Source: Cetorhinus maximus (Eukaryota). From it: DNA of 64,000 nt. How positions within the stretch are numbered: the stretch's first letter is position 1; each line of letters starts with the position of its first letter. Under the pieces are notes generated by a model, which worked only from the letters and a program-made list of their open reading frames with translations, searched no databases and was not told where the DNA came from. Made by a program: the position numbers and the translations under genes. Below, one piece after another: positions 1 through 12,720 of this stretch. The stretch is from NCBI RefSeq assembly GCF_964194155.1, contig NC_135879.1, forward strand, positions 16,926,001-16,990,000, written 5' to 3'.

Positions 1-1984
1 GTCCAAATTGGGGAGAAGCATGAGCGCTGTGCTGCATTTTTAAACGTAGACAGTGGCTTATAAGGGGCCAGCACAACTCCCAGAATTACCTGGGCCTTCG
101 TGGGATGATGACACAGGAGCTCCAAGCATAGGGAGGCCCCACTCCCAGCCCCATGCGCTCTGGTGTGTAAGTCCTTGTGAAGGACAGACAGAGATACTCC
201 GTCCTTCCCCTCTCCCCCTTCCAGGTTTCCCACAGACACTGCGACAGCAGGCCATTTTTTTCAGCCTTCTGCCGCACTCCTAACAGAGTTAGAAAGGGAT
301 ATGAAATTATGGGACTTAATCAGATGCTTAACCGCACTTGGAAGCAGCTGCCAAGCCAATCTTGTCCTGATTCCAATATTGTGCATTGCTTGTGATTTGA
401 TGTGACCTTGACTCTGAGAAACAGACTCCTGATTATTTGGAAGTACAGATATTCGGGAATGCTTTATTGTGTCTTGTTAGATGGTCAGGTGATGATCAAC
501 AACATTACTGTTACGCAATCTCGCCTTTTATAACCCAAATGTATGTTTTTTTACCATATGATAAATGCCTAGGTTGTGCAGTCGCAATCCAACGTTTGGT
601 ATGGGTAGCAATGTCAATTCTATTTTCCTGAAATGCACAGGAAGGAATTTAACCCTGCCGGTCCAGGAGGCAATTAAAAATGGTCAGTGTGGCACATACC
701 AATACCACTGCCTTCCTGTGGGTCGCCATCTTAAATTGCTCTTTTGAGCAGGCAAGAAGGCCACCCAACAGAGAGCTATGGGTCCTTCTTTAATATGTGG
801 ATCAAGTCTGATGATGTCAGTGGGACCTGACAGCAATTTTAACCAGAGCTATGTGCAGGAAGCCAATGTGACAAGAGGAACCAGGGCCAGAAGAAGCCTC
901 CACACCCACAAAGAAATCTATGACCTCCTTCCCCTTCCCACAACCGTGATGCCCTTTGCTGATACCCCTTCGAACCAAATATCCAAGTAGTGAGACTATG
1001 GGTTTCTGGCAGTGGTCTACTGCCACCCAAATTCCCACTCCCGGCCTCCTATGAGCTGGTGCTTCCCACCCGGGTTCGGGCATGGGAATGATCTCCCAGG
1101 CGTCTCACTGTGAAGGGCTGGACAGATTGCCACCGCCTCAACCTCCACCTGCACGCCTCACACCTGGAGCTAAAATCAGTCCTTAGCATTAAAGAGAGAA
1201 AGAAGTTGAATTTATATAGTGCCTTCCACATCCTCAGGACATTTGATTCGCGGGCAATAAATTGCTTTGGAAACGTACTCAAAATGTACCTCATCAGAAC
1301 TTCCAATCTTTGCATGTGGCTCTCACATCCAGTTCACCTACAAAATTGAAACTTAATCCTGAGTGAACATGGCTCAGCAAAGGTCGGGGATCGACTATTG
1401 TGTTTAACAGATCCTGGACCAACTCTGCAGGTTAATAGTCAATTTTATTAATAGTTGGTGTTTGGTGCACCATATTGTTCAAAAACACAGGGACTGAAAC
1501 TTTTTATATGCTAATTTTTAAGGGTCGCAATTCATATGATGCAGTGCAGTTTCTTTGTGAGTTTCTGCTACATTTCCCCCAAGTCAAAGGTAATTTTGGA
1601 AACAAAGTGTCAAAACCAGAAATCACAGAAAAGAACAATTGATTCTGAAATACAGAGTGTTCAATCAATATTAAACTTCTAATGTCATCCAATATTCTAA
1701 AGTGAAATGCAATCTATTCTGACAGTATACTTATAAACACGCTAAGAAATTGATTGGCATAGTTCTTCCTCGCATAAAAAAGTGAGTACAGGGGCCCATC
1801 TTTGCCGTTAATCGATAGATTCTACCTTACTTTATGAATATACCAGATGATTGTCTAATTGAACAATTACACTGCATGGTTACAAAATAGGCAAATATTA
1901 CAATAACAAAAAACACAATGATGTTGACTTCCAGTAGCTCCAAAACTAGCCTTACACCCAGTCCAGTTAGACCTGGTAGATCCC

Positions 1985-2610
1985 ATGAACATCCTGGGGG
2001 CTACCTTTGACAAGAAACTGAAGTGGATTAGCCATATAAATGCTCTGTCTACAAGAGCAGGTCTGGAAATTATTGGGCGAGTAACTCACCTCCTCCAAAG
2101 TCGGTGCACCATCTACAAGGCACAAGTCAGGAGTGTGATGGAATACTCTCCACTTGCCTGGATGAGTGCAGCTCCCACAACCCTCAGGAAGCTTGGCACC
2201 ATCCAGGACAAAGCAGCCCGCTTGATTGGCACCACATCCATGGCCTGCAACATTCACTGCCCCCACCACCGATACACAGTGGCAGCAGTGTGTGCCACCT
2301 AGAAGATGTATTGCAGAAACTCACCAAGGTAACTCTCCAAACTCACAACCTCTACCATCTAGAAGTACACGGGCAACAGGTAGATGGGAACACCACAACC
2401 TGCAAGTTCCCCTCCAAGCTACACACCATCCTGATTTGTAACTATGTTACTGTTCCTCCAATGTCGCTGGATCAAACTCCTGGAACTCCCTTCCTAACAG
2501 CACAGTGGGTGTACCCACACCACATGGACTGCAGCGGTTCAAGAAGGCAGCTCACCACCACCTTCTCAAGGGCAATAAATGCTGGCCTAGCTAGCAACAC
2601 TAACATCCTG
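1985..2610 (+). mobile_element. CR1-group LINE family A, 3' fragment
   Basis: TIYKAQVRSVMEYSPLAW motif; 3' tail caccaccttctcaagggcaataaatgctggcctag. Confidence 0.85.
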
Positions 2611-2769
2611 TCAATAATTTTTTTTAAAATCCCACTGAAAATAGACTCCGGTCAGCTGTGGTTTTTATTGTGTTACATGATGTTAAGCACAAGGAAATAA
2701 TCACGGGAAAACAATACACAACCTTGGCGGGAGTAGAGTGTATGCCCACTGGAGATATACCGGAAGGGA

Positions 2770-3010
2770 ACATAGGAACAGCAGGAGGGATTCAGCCCGT
2801 ACCGAGCCTGTTCCTCCATTCAACCAGATAATGGCTGACCGTATCTTGACCCATATCCCTTGATACAAAAACCCATCAATCCCGAACAAATATCTATCAA
2901 TCTCAATCTTCAAAATTTCAATTGGCCTGACATCCACAGCCTCCCAAAAGGGAGAATTCTAGTTTCCCACGACTGTGTGTGTGAAAGAAGTGCTTCCTGA
3001 TCTTACTCTT
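2770..3010 (-). mobile_element. CR1 LINE family B 3' end
   Basis: gaacataggaac tail, and the reverse complement of the FFTQ.VV..WN region. Confidence 0.7.
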
Positions 3011-3228
3011 AAAGAAAATGTAAGTCAGCCAGCAGAGGGAGCAAATCGTTCATTTTTCATTCTAAGGGAAAAAAAATCTCAAAAAGTAGTGAAGAGCAAG
3101 ATACAAAACTTCACAGCTTTTGAATTCCAAGCTACTGCACTTGTGTACGGGTCAAGAACGGGTCAAGTCAGTGTAAAATATTTCCTTTTCCTGGAATGTA
3201 AATATGTCAATAATTTGCTCTTTCATAG

Positions 3229-3338
3229 CTCCTGTAGTCATACTCTCTCCAACATCAGTCCAGAATGTGACTGGTGCCCAAGTCTATCTGGCCTGTGAAG
3301 TGAAAGCTGTTCCAACTCCCATTGTCACTTGGAGGAAG
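3229..3338 (+). CDS. IGFBPL1: IGFBPL1 internal exon (exon 2; start of Ig-like domain)
   Basis: tttcatag|CT acceptor and AAG|gtagga donor; 110 bp, phase 1 to 0. Encodes (A)PVVILSPTSVQNVTGAQVYLACEVKAVPTPIVTWRK, close to IGFBPL1 APVVVVPPRSVHNVTGAQVGLSCEVRAVPTPVITWRK (recalled human sequence). Confidence 0.93.
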
Positions 3339-3859
3339 GTAGGAAAGGACTCAGTTAACATTTTGCCTAATGTCTGTTTGTTCCTTTAGTGAATTAATTC
3401 ACACGAAAGAGGCAGATAGTGATAGATTGAAACAGTCATTTAATTTTCAGGCCTTTTATTCCACTGAAAAAAAACTGTCTTTTGCAGGTTTTAGGCCCAA
3501 AATTTTATGTATTTGTTATTTCAGCATAAAATGCTCTTAAGTTGTGAAACTGTCGCCACTTACCCCTTCGGTATTGCTAAGAAACAAGTCATGGTGCTGG
3601 ATTTCTGCTGAGTCTGCATGACTTGGAAGCCCTTTAAAAGTGGCGGGCAGGAATTCCATGATTCCCAACTCCATTCCCGAGGTTTCCGTTTTTTGAGAGC
3701 GCCTTTTATGGTGCGGGCTGGTTCGGGCCGCGAGCGCGCACTCTGCGCTCCCGACCTGGCCGGCTCCATTGCGGGTATAGGTATGTCCTACTCCTCCACA
3801 ATTTTCATAGAGTCGTTGAAGAGGGTACTCCCTCCAATCCAGCAACTACCACATAGGCC

Positions 3860-4484
3860 AGTTGAAGAGAAGAAATTACAATCCCCGATCACACAGCGAC
3901 CACAGAGACTCAGGCTTCCTTTAACCGGTTTTATTCAAGCATATGCAAGGGAGTCGCAATCATTCCTAAGAATGAAGACCCAGCTCCCTGATTGATTACA
4001 TTTCATTCCTTTTGTACTTTATCTTATCACAATACATTTGAGTACATTTGAATACATTCAATCAGTAACCGACACATCGGTCCATACTAACTCTATCCTA
4101 TTGAGTACATAAACATGTGATTTTGCTAACCAATTATTCTAAAGGATGTATACATACTTATATTATAAAATCAAAATTAAAACACGAATGCAAAGACCTT
4201 GGTTCTTACAACTCAGGACTGTTTGTGTTTCATCAAAGCCCCCTCTCTTTCCATTGTATGTCTTCCCATATCTAAGCTAAAACCATCTGTTCCTTCCCTA
4301 TGTGAGAGGGGAGTACACCTAATCTAATTTTTGTCTTCCAGTCTGACTCTCAAGGCTGTGCAATTTTCATCTGGCAATCTTCAACTCTTAATATGTTTAG
4401 CAGCCATGTCTGCCTGGAGATTTTAAGGTTTTTCAGTAAATTCTTACAGTGTTCTCTTTTAGCATTTTTAATTTTCCCCTAACA
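3860..4484 (-). mobile_element. Probable solo LTR in IGFBPL1 intron 2
   Basis: The minus strand starts TGTTAGGGG and has AATAAAA about 70 bp before its end (...cttcaact); ~625 bp, non-coding. No convincing TSD. Confidence 0.4.
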
Positions 4485-5477
4485 GTCGTGGTTCACGGCA
4501 CCTCAGGGGTGTTGTGAAACATAGTTTGCATGAGGGGATCTTTAAAAAGTTAAGTTCATAAGGTCTCTTCATGCGCCCATATCAAGGGATTGCCCCTCAA
4601 ACAACCCCCATGACCCCTCATGCCCCCATGCCAAGCTATGGCTCTTTCATGCCCATTTAGCCACTAAACGCTGTATGGAACCGATGAAACCTATAGTGAC
4701 AACAGGATGTGTAAAAACACTTTTAAAAGCACAGTCGTTCATTGATAACTTTCTACTTCCTTAAAAAAAACTCATTTTTACTATAGCCCAATAAAAGTAT
4801 CAGTCATCCAGAACCATTAAAGTATCAATAGATGAAACTGAAAGCACTTTAAACCTCTTTATCTTGTATAAATAAACATTGTGAAATTAACAGCATGGAT
4901 CAGGGAGCCAGAGCTGTCAATAAAGTAATGTTTTCCCTGGGGTCAGGTGTTTTAACAAGCTAATGGATTTCTGGGCTCTCAGCCATGCCTCATTACGCAT
5001 TCATGGCTGCCTCCATCTTAGGAGCATCAGCCTAGATATTTGAGCCTAGGTCCTAGAGTCAAACTATGAACCTACAATCTTCTGTCTTAGAGACAAGAAT
5101 GCTACCAACTGAGCCATTGCTGACACCAGATATGAGTGGAGAATGCAGGCAATGATTCTGCTACTTCTTGCTTATCTCTAATATTAGGCATTCAAACTGC
5201 TGATGAGAGACCAGCACCACTTTACCTGAGAGAATTCTAAGGCATAATATTTATTATTAGTCATAAATTATAACATCTTTTAAATTGTAAATTTTTAAGA
5301 TCTCCTAGCTGAATACTGAGTCTGGTGTGAAAGATAGGCCTATATTTTGGATTATATACATCTTTTTGTCCATGCATTGTTCAGATTCCCATTGTGTTGC
5401 TCTGTACTGTATTAGTTCATTATATACTGGTCTTGTTTATCATTTTTATTTATTGTTTATTTATTTGCTGTGAGCAG

Positions 5478-5594
5478 GTCACTGAGTCCCCCAAAGGAAT
5501 AAAGCTTTTGGAGGAGTTGCCTGGAGACCGAGTGAATGTTGCGGTTCAGGTTCGTGGTGGACCATCCAAACATGAAAGCACAGGATGGGTTTTG
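5478..5594 (+). CDS. IGFBPL1: IGFBPL1 internal exon (exon 3)
   Basis: gagcag|GTC acceptor and TTG|gtaagg donor; 117 bp, phase 0 to 0. VTESPKGIKLLEELPGDRVNVAVQVRGGPSKHESTGWVL matches the IGFBPL1 signature LEELPGDHVNIAVQVRGGPSDHEATAWIL. Confidence 0.95.
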
Positions 5595-6827
5595 GTAAGG
5601 AATAAGTTTTACATGAGCTGAGGTTAGGCGACATAAAGAACTGAAACAAGATCAAACTGGACCTTGTAGAACTTGGCAAAATTATACTACAGTATCAATG
5701 CACAACAAAATTCCCAGCAGAGTACATCCTACCATCAATCCTGGCTAGTGCTTTAAGGCAAATCCTGATCCCCAGTGGGAAAACACATTCGATAGGAACA
5801 TGGATCGGAGCTCCCTGTGAGCAGTGCTGTCTGTTAGGGGTCCAGGAGCATTGTGTTAACCTTTACCTAAGAGAGGAAGTTCAGCAGGTAGGAGCAGTTG
5901 TATTAAAAGGTCCACCCAGGTATTTTATGCAGAATGTTAAGATGCAATGAATTTAGAGTTCTCAGGAGAATCTAAGGAAATACATTTCTTCAAAGTAAAT
6001 CCTATTTTTTATATAAGAAAAAGTAACTTGCCTTAAATTCATTTGAGCTGTTCTTGAAAACATTAGTCTTCGATCCCGGTTGGAGATATTGGTTGGGTCC
6101 CTCCTCTTCTCTGCCTCCCCCCAACCACCACCCCACCACATCCCCATCCCCGCTTAGGTAGACGACAGTATCCTACAACTGGGAGTTTTGTGCAAGACTG
6201 ATGTTGCGTGCAGTGACAAGTGGCATGGAGGCATGGACGACCATTTTAACAGTTAAGACCCCACAGTCTAAAAGGATCATGACATGAAAGTAACCCACAG
6301 GTCTATACAGATGATCTATGATCGTGTGTTATTTTAGGGATTCAAATTCAATGTTTTCCAAATCCTGCATTTGCGCCCCCTGATGGTACCTGGCTATAAC
6401 TGCCCCACTCTGGTACCTCTTCACAATGTAATTTACCAGCTTCCTCTCGACAAGGTGTCCAAGACCACGATATTCTCCTACACATGACTCCTTTTAACAG
6501 CACACCAGGAAAGGACAAGGGCACGAGAAACTTATCATTTAGGAAAGAGTGGGATGCTACAATGATAGGACTTCAAGGTGAATGAGGATGAGTTGATGAA
6601 TTTTACATATCAGTAATAATCTTGTCTTAGCTCTGTAATATCAAAGGTTCCCTCTGGCCGTTGTCAATATTGTGATTGTCAAACCTTCATTTTATATTAG
6701 ATGATAGTTTTCAGAGTGATTGCATTGAACTTTATTCTTGCAGAAATCCATGCACCTTACAGTCTAACTCCATTCTTGTTTCTACACATAAAAATATTCC
6801 AAAACTTGCTTTTCAAAATCCTTCCAG

Positions 6828-6945
6828 ATTAATCCACTGACAAAGGAAGATGAAGGTGTCTATCAGTGTCACGCCAGCAATATCCTTGGAGAGGTTCAGA
6901 CGGAAGGTACAATCAAGGTCACTGAAAAACTCCCTAGAGTTAAAG
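6828..6945 (+). CDS. IGFBPL1: IGFBPL1 exon 4 (end of Ig domain)
   Basis: cttccag|ATT acceptor. INPLTKEDEGVYQCHASNILGEVQTEGTIKVTEKLPRVK contains the Ig D-x-G-x-Y-x-C motif and matches IGFBPL1 INPLRKEDEGVYQCHA. Probable donor AAAG|gtatga at 6946; the 3' boundary is less certain. Confidence 0.9.
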
Positions 6946-7719
6946 GTATGATTGACACCCAGGAACTAGAAAAAATGAGCAGTAATCTCGTGGGATGTAG
7001 CATTTCACTCGTCTGACCATAGAAAATCTGCCAGGATCTGGAGGGAAGTAATGGGGCTCTACTCCGCCGAGTTTACCTTGGGGCCCTACCAGAGAAGAAA
7101 ATGCCAGCTCAACACTTAGAGATGGAGTTACTTCCAGCCAACGGGCACTGTTGAGTTTGACATTTAAGTATGGTTCATTAGATTCTCAACTACACGCTGC
7201 CAGGAATCTGTGAGGCCACACCATGGACTGCATCAATGCGTCTGGATTGTGGCTTCTGCAGGAGCAATACGAGTAGGGGAACACAAGTGGTTTCCTGTTG
7301 CCTTCCACATGTGTGCTTAAAGGGAACACAAGTCCTCTGTTCACAGGATCCTTCACCTGTAAGCAACCATTATCCCTCATGGTTCTAGCATTTCCTCCAT
7401 CACCACCGAAAATTCACTGGTTCCGCCACTCGCCATGGCTCATGACCCTGAGCTTGGGATCCTTACCCAGGCCTGGGACGACTTGCAAAAGGACAGGGGC
7501 AACCTCTGAGGTCTCAAATGACCCCCGCCACCCTCTTTATTGGCAGGCAGTAAAATACATACCCCTAGCACTGAAACAAACCAACAGAAGAAATTAGATG
7601 TTTACAGTTATAGCTTTCCTGGTGTCATGCACCTATTATAAATCCAAAGGTCTGCATAAATAAAAATGTATATCATTGACTTAAAGTGCTAATTATTTTG
7701 TCATGCCCAGGAAAATTCA

Positions 7720-7955
7720 CATTCTTTACTTTCTTCCATCTTTTTCCTCCACCTCCCTCTCTTTCTTGCTTTGCTTGTCTCTCTCTCCTCTTTCTCTTCT
7801 CTCTCCTCCTTCATTTCAAAATCTTGAATTCTCCTCCTCTCGTTCTATTTTTCTCTCTATGTTCTTTCTTTCCCCCTTCTCCTTTGCTTTCTCTTCTTTC
7901 CCTCTTGCCACCACTATTCATGCTTCTCTCTCTCTCTCCCTCCTCTTCATTCTTA
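7720..7955. repeat. Polypyrimidine (C/T) low-complexity tract
   Basis: Predominantly C/T on the + strand. Confidence 0.9.
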
Positions 7956-7961
7956 TACATT

Positions 7962-8533
7962 GGGCTGAATTCTAGGTTTTCGCCGGGAGCAGGTTGCCAC
8001 GAGGACGGTGGTGTAAAATTGGGAGCAATGTTTATGGGCATCTTTCCCAATGCCTACCCACTCGACCCCACCCCAATTTTAGGCCTGGCAGGGGAGGCCG
8101 GAACCAGATTGGCAGCTCACTCTTTGGGCTATTGGCCAGAAATGGGGGGTGTTCCTCCTTTAACCACCGCCACCCCCCACAACCCTGGGCCCATTGAGGT
8201 CTCATGCCCAAAGTCTGACCTCCCAAGGTTTCTCCTCCCCACCCCAGCCTGTACACCCTGGCCTCCACTCCCCTCACCCCATTCTGGGGCCACCTATTGT
8301 GGCCCCACTGCAAATCCCTCTAACTTACCTCCCCATCTGGCTCCAATGAAGATCCCTATTGAATCTTCCTATAGCAGTGGCCACCACTACCTATGGAACT
8401 ACTGGGAACAGAGAGCTACCAGTCATTTGATTGGCCAGCAGCTCTTGGAGATGGGACTTGCTTCCTAGATGGGAGCAGGAGTCTTGCTCTGAGCCAATCA
8501 ATCGTTAAATGGTAACGCTGGGAAATCTTGCCC
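7962..8533. mobile_element. Non-autonomous Harbinger-type MITE
   Basis: Ends gggctgaattct ... aaatcttgccc; 3-bp flanks att/gtt. Confidence 0.55.
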
Positions 8534-9140
8534 GTTCTTTTACATGCAGTCTTAAAATCACCTGTAGTTGGCTACCATTGATTTCCCTACCAAATAAATT
8601 ATTGGTATAGAAATTATCCTTTTTTCCTTCCTGTTTGATCCTTTTACTTATTAAGCATAACCCAAATAAAAACCAGTGATGCTTTGGAAAAATATTCTTA
8701 CAAGTTGCTATAGTAGCTCCTTTTCCAATGAAGGAGCCAATCTTTGCTCACAGACAAAATCCCAAAACACTCCATTTTTTATATTTTCCTTCACAAACTT
8801 CCTATTTTAGACCTGTGGTTCTTAGAACTCAAATTATTTAAGATAAGGAAATACACCAGAGACTCAAACCAAGGTCCCAACCTCTGCACCACTCTGGCCC
8901 CAACTATTTATGCTATTTAAAGTTGATTTCAGTAAAATTTAAACTATACCTCACCCCTGGAAACGATGAACTTGCTCCTTTAGCCAAAAATTTAGGAATG
9001 TTTCTTCCAGCCTGTAATTGGACGAGAACACAGCTTTGAAATCGCTGATTTGGGAGGACGCGATTTTATTGGCAAATCAACATTTAAGGAGAAAACTTTC
9101 CATATTTTTTTGTTAAAAAGAGGGTTTTTTGTTTCATCAG

Positions 9141-9190
9141 ACAAGTGTGCTAATCATATCACCACCAGGAGAATGACCAAATTAAGGTAG
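9141..9190 (+). CDS. IGFBPL1: Candidate terminal coding exon of IGFBPL1
   Basis: Acceptor ttttttgtttcatcag|; phase-1 compatible with exon 4, giving (D)KCANHITTRRMTKLR*. Followed by ~1.2 kb of AT-rich, largely repeat-free sequence resembling a 3' UTR. No homology support. Confidence 0.4.
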
Positions 9191-10339
9191 GGCTGATTAA
9201 TCCAATATTAATGCCACAATTAACGGATGAAATTTTACAACTCCAATTTTCGATTCAAATTTATCACTTTTATATCTAGGGTGTTTTTTTTTGCGTATGA
9301 AGCTACATTTAGCGTCCGTTAAGGTGTCCTACATTTCTTAAACAAACGGTATTAAGAAAATGTTCTTACACCTTGAGTGAAGCACTGCGTCAGATCGAAA
9401 CCATTTGACAGATTGTCCATCAGGGTGTAATCAGTAAGTTATATCTTTAACACTGTCTGGGGAATTGTCTGGCCTACTCCTCCTGCTCCTAATTCGTAAG
9501 CTCGTATGTTCATTTGAGCTGCTCGTTTCTTTGGAATGCTGTGTAATTAGTCGGCTGTCATTTTTTTTCAGGGAAGAAGAAAGATGGTCATCAAAAGGAA
9601 GAAAACTAAACCCTGACTGACTCCGAATGCTGTCACCATCAACTCCACACTTGATAAACCCTTACACTGTTTTATTAGGGTTAGGTAAAGGTACTGCATA
9701 ACTAACTGAATTGCAAATGATGTATTTTGTACCATTTTCTTCAACTTTTGTAAATTTTTTAAGGGACGGTATAAAATTGTCATGTGCAGAATTTCCAGGG
9801 TTTGTTAATTCAAATGTCTTAGGTTTGTGGGGGCAAAGGGTGAGTCTGTGAGTGTTTAAATCTCACAGCAGCTATGTGAAGCATGGAAACAGGGTGTAAT
9901 AAGGTAGCACTATAACAAGGATAATTAGCTATAGTAAATTATTTCATGCTACATAAACTAATTTTAATCTTTCAGCATCCAGGGTACAATATTTAACTCT
10001 TTAACTACACAATAGGCTTGTTGCCTTCAGTGCTGCCAATAGTCTTTATATAGATTTCTTTGAAAACTGTACTTTTATATTTTTACTGAATTTTACCTTC
10101 AATTTTGCTGAACTAACAAGGTGGAACTTTTGCAACTACTGAGTTCCCATCTATAATTTTAATGAAAATTACTACCTGTAAGTTAGTGGGTACCGCATTG
10201 CTCTGTTACTGGCAGTAACCCGCTGTAACTTAACCAGCATGGAGGCTTTCAACAAGAATTCTTGAAGCTATGTGAAATATAACTGCTATGTGCATACCAA
10301 TTCAGCCATCTTTGTTCTGTATTCATTATGAAATGTTTT

Positions 10340-10345
10340 AATAAA
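10340..10345 (+). promoter_or_regulatory. Candidate polyadenylation signal for IGFBPL1
   Basis: AATAAA followed by T-rich sequence at the end of the putative 3' UTR. Confidence 0.3.
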
Positions 10346-10823
10346 TATCTTTATTCCTCTTCAGAAGATTTTCCCTTTTATTAACCAATTTTGAGTTCTT
10401 ACTTAATTTTCATTTTCACTCTTTGAAATAACCCTTATCACCTCTAGCAGAAGGAGGTGAGACAATGAACGTCTTGGCTCTTTGTTACTCTGGCTATTAC
10501 CAATTTAATATGCTTAGCCTAAGCTTATGCTCCATTGCGAGAAAACAAGGCGAAGAGTCTAGGATATCACCATTGGACATCATCAATGTTGGAAAGATGA
10601 AAGAGAAGATATAGGAACATGGGAGTGTAGGAAGACCACATGAGATCATTGCAGCCCACCTAGATGATCCCAAGGTTTATAAAAGCATGGTACGCTATTC
10701 CACCTCTCATAGTTGAAGAATCTTCAAATTTTCTCTAACAACTCAAAAGAAATTTACCGAACCTGAAGAGGCCATTGTGGTGTATCTGCTTGGAAGGTCA
10801 AAGTTAATCAGTGAGATTCAGGG

Positions 10824-10953
10824 AGATAAAGGCAAAATACTGTGGATGCTGGAAACCTGAAACAAAAACAGCTCTGAAGAAGAGTCATACAGACTCAAAA
10901 AGTTAACTCTGCCTTTCTCTCCACAGATGCTGTCAGACCTGCTGAGTTTTTCC
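10824..10953 (+). mobile_element. Penelope-like terminal-repeat fragment with decayed hammerhead motif
   Basis: gcaaaatactgtggatgctggaaa / ccacagatgctgtcagacctgctgag; 10-bp direct repeat agattcaggg at 10814-10823 and 10954-10963. Confidence 0.65.
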
Positions 10954-10960
10954 AGATTCA

Positions 10961-11345
10961 GGGTGGCTTATTGATAATGTCACTAGACTAGCAATCCAGA
11001 GGCCCAGGCTAATTCTCTGGGGACATGGGCTCCAATCCCACCATGGCAGCTGGTAGAATGTAAGTTCAATTAATAAAACCTATAATTAAAAGCTAGTCTC
11101 AGTAATAGTGACAAGAAACCATCATTAATTGTTATAAAAACTCATTTGGTTCACTAACATCCTTAAGGGAAGGAAATCTGCCATCCTTACCTGGTCTGGC
11201 CTACATGTGACTCCAGATACACGGCAATGTGGTTGCCTTTAACTGCCCTCTGAAATGGCCTAGCAAGTCACTCAAAGGCAATGAGGGATTGGTAACACGT
11301 GCTGGCCTTGGCAGTGACTCCCAATTCCCATGAAAGAATATTTTT
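10961..11345 (+). mobile_element. tRNA-derived SINE (family S1, sharing its 3' tail with LINE family A)
   Basis: B-box-like ggctccaatccc; body ggaaggaaatctgccatccttacctggtctggcctacatgtgactccaga; tail aaggcaatgagggattggtaacacgtgctggcc. Confidence 0.8.
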
Positions 11346-12647
11346 TTTTTAGAAAATCAGCGAGCTGACATTCAGCTGAGATTTTAACACTGAAGATTGC
11401 AGGAAGAAGAAAAGATTGAGAGCGGTATAAGAAGTCCCACAGTTTAAAATCCTGGTTTACAAAAAGGCAACTACCTTGGTGAGTTGGGGAGGCCTCTGTT
11501 CTGTCATACACCTCCAATTTATCCTTGCCTTTGAAGTGTATCTTAACAATGTCTATCATGTGTTCAATATCTACTTAGGACACACAATCCAGAGGAAACA
11601 ATCAAAAACTGCCCAAAGCTTCAAGAAAGCTGACACAGCCACGAAAAAGCTAACAGCTCAAAAATCAGTCTAACTATAGGATATGTGCAGACAAGTAACT
11701 AAACTGAATATACAAAAACACAGGGATCCCCAATTGGTTGCAATTTTTAAAAAATGACCCACATCTTCAGAAGCTGGCAGAGTGACATTAGACATTGCTT
11801 TAGCCTTTAGCAGACAAACAGGTTTATTAAATAATAATTGAACAAGTAAATAGTAGTGGCAACACAACATGCAAGGGCTAATTTTCCTACGACATGAACA
11901 TGGATACATGCAATTCCCAGACACAAGGCAGAGGGAAAATTAATGGAGACTCATTGCACCATATCTGTTCCCAATATGCAGCACCAAGTGATTTTCTGAG
12001 GATCTTACGGGTTGGGGGATGGAGTCTAGCAGGGTCTTCTCCCTGTTGGACCACTGATGGGCAGTAGTCCATTGGAAGAACATCTAGCAGGAAGTGGTCA
12101 GTATTCCCAGCCACACTAGGATCGGAGCATCGGAGGGCAAGAAAGAAACGGAAAGCAAAGAAAGTAAGTGAAACGTTTTTGTTTCATGGGGCTAACAATT
12201 AGATCCTTGGGGCTAGAGTTTTTGTGTGGACAGCAGCCAGAAATTCAGAAGAGATTAACACCCCCCACCTCCTGCGCCACTAAGAGGGGCACCTGTTGCT
12301 AAGCAGCATTGGGCCATTAATGACCTGAAGCCACAAAAATGTCTGCCACAAGTCAGATGAACTGAAGTGTATTTTGAGTGACTAATGCCATGGCAGAGGA
12401 AGGAAGGAAAATTGGGGCTATATTTTTTCATAGAAATTGTTAAATTTTACTCGTTCCTTGCATAGTAGAAAATAATAGAGTTTGATGAAATGTTGACACT
12501 AAGGCCGTTGGCGGCGGGTGTCAAGACCGGTGTGGATTTTTTTTTGTTAATCAAAGAACCATCGCTTGCTGCTTCTGCTCTCCTTGGAGAATTCAGTGTA
12601 CCCACCTCGTTTCTTTTTGTCACTCTGTGGGGATAGAAAACCTTCAG

Positions 12648-12720
12648 TGCCCAGACAAGGACTGGAACCCTGGACCCTTAAATCAAAAGTCTGATATTCT
12701 ACTGACTAAGCCACCAAGAA
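12648..12720 (-). pseudogene. tRNA-Lys(UUU) pseudogene
   Basis: The minus strand reads TTCTTGGTGGCTTAGTCAGTAGAATATCAGACTTTTGATTTAAGGGTCCAGGGTTCCAGTCCTTGTCTGGGCA. It aligns gap-free over 73 nt with vertebrate tRNA-Lys(UUU) GCCCGGATAGCTCAGTCGGTAGAGCATCAGACTTTTAATCTGAGGGTCCAGGGTTCAAGTCCCTGTTCGGGCG (about 18 mismatches by hand count). Stems are disrupted; a TTTT terminator lies just downstream. Confidence 0.8.

Noticed and set aside
3229-6945. Assignment of the Ig exons to KAZALD1 or IGFBP7
   Set aside because: EELPGDRVNVAVQVRGGP and INPLTKEDEGVYQCHA match IGFBPL1 much better than IGFBP7 (LLPGDRDNLAIQTRGGP) or KAZALD1.
7686-8468. 260-aa ORF
   Set aside because: Runs through a pyrimidine tract and a MITE; no domain features.
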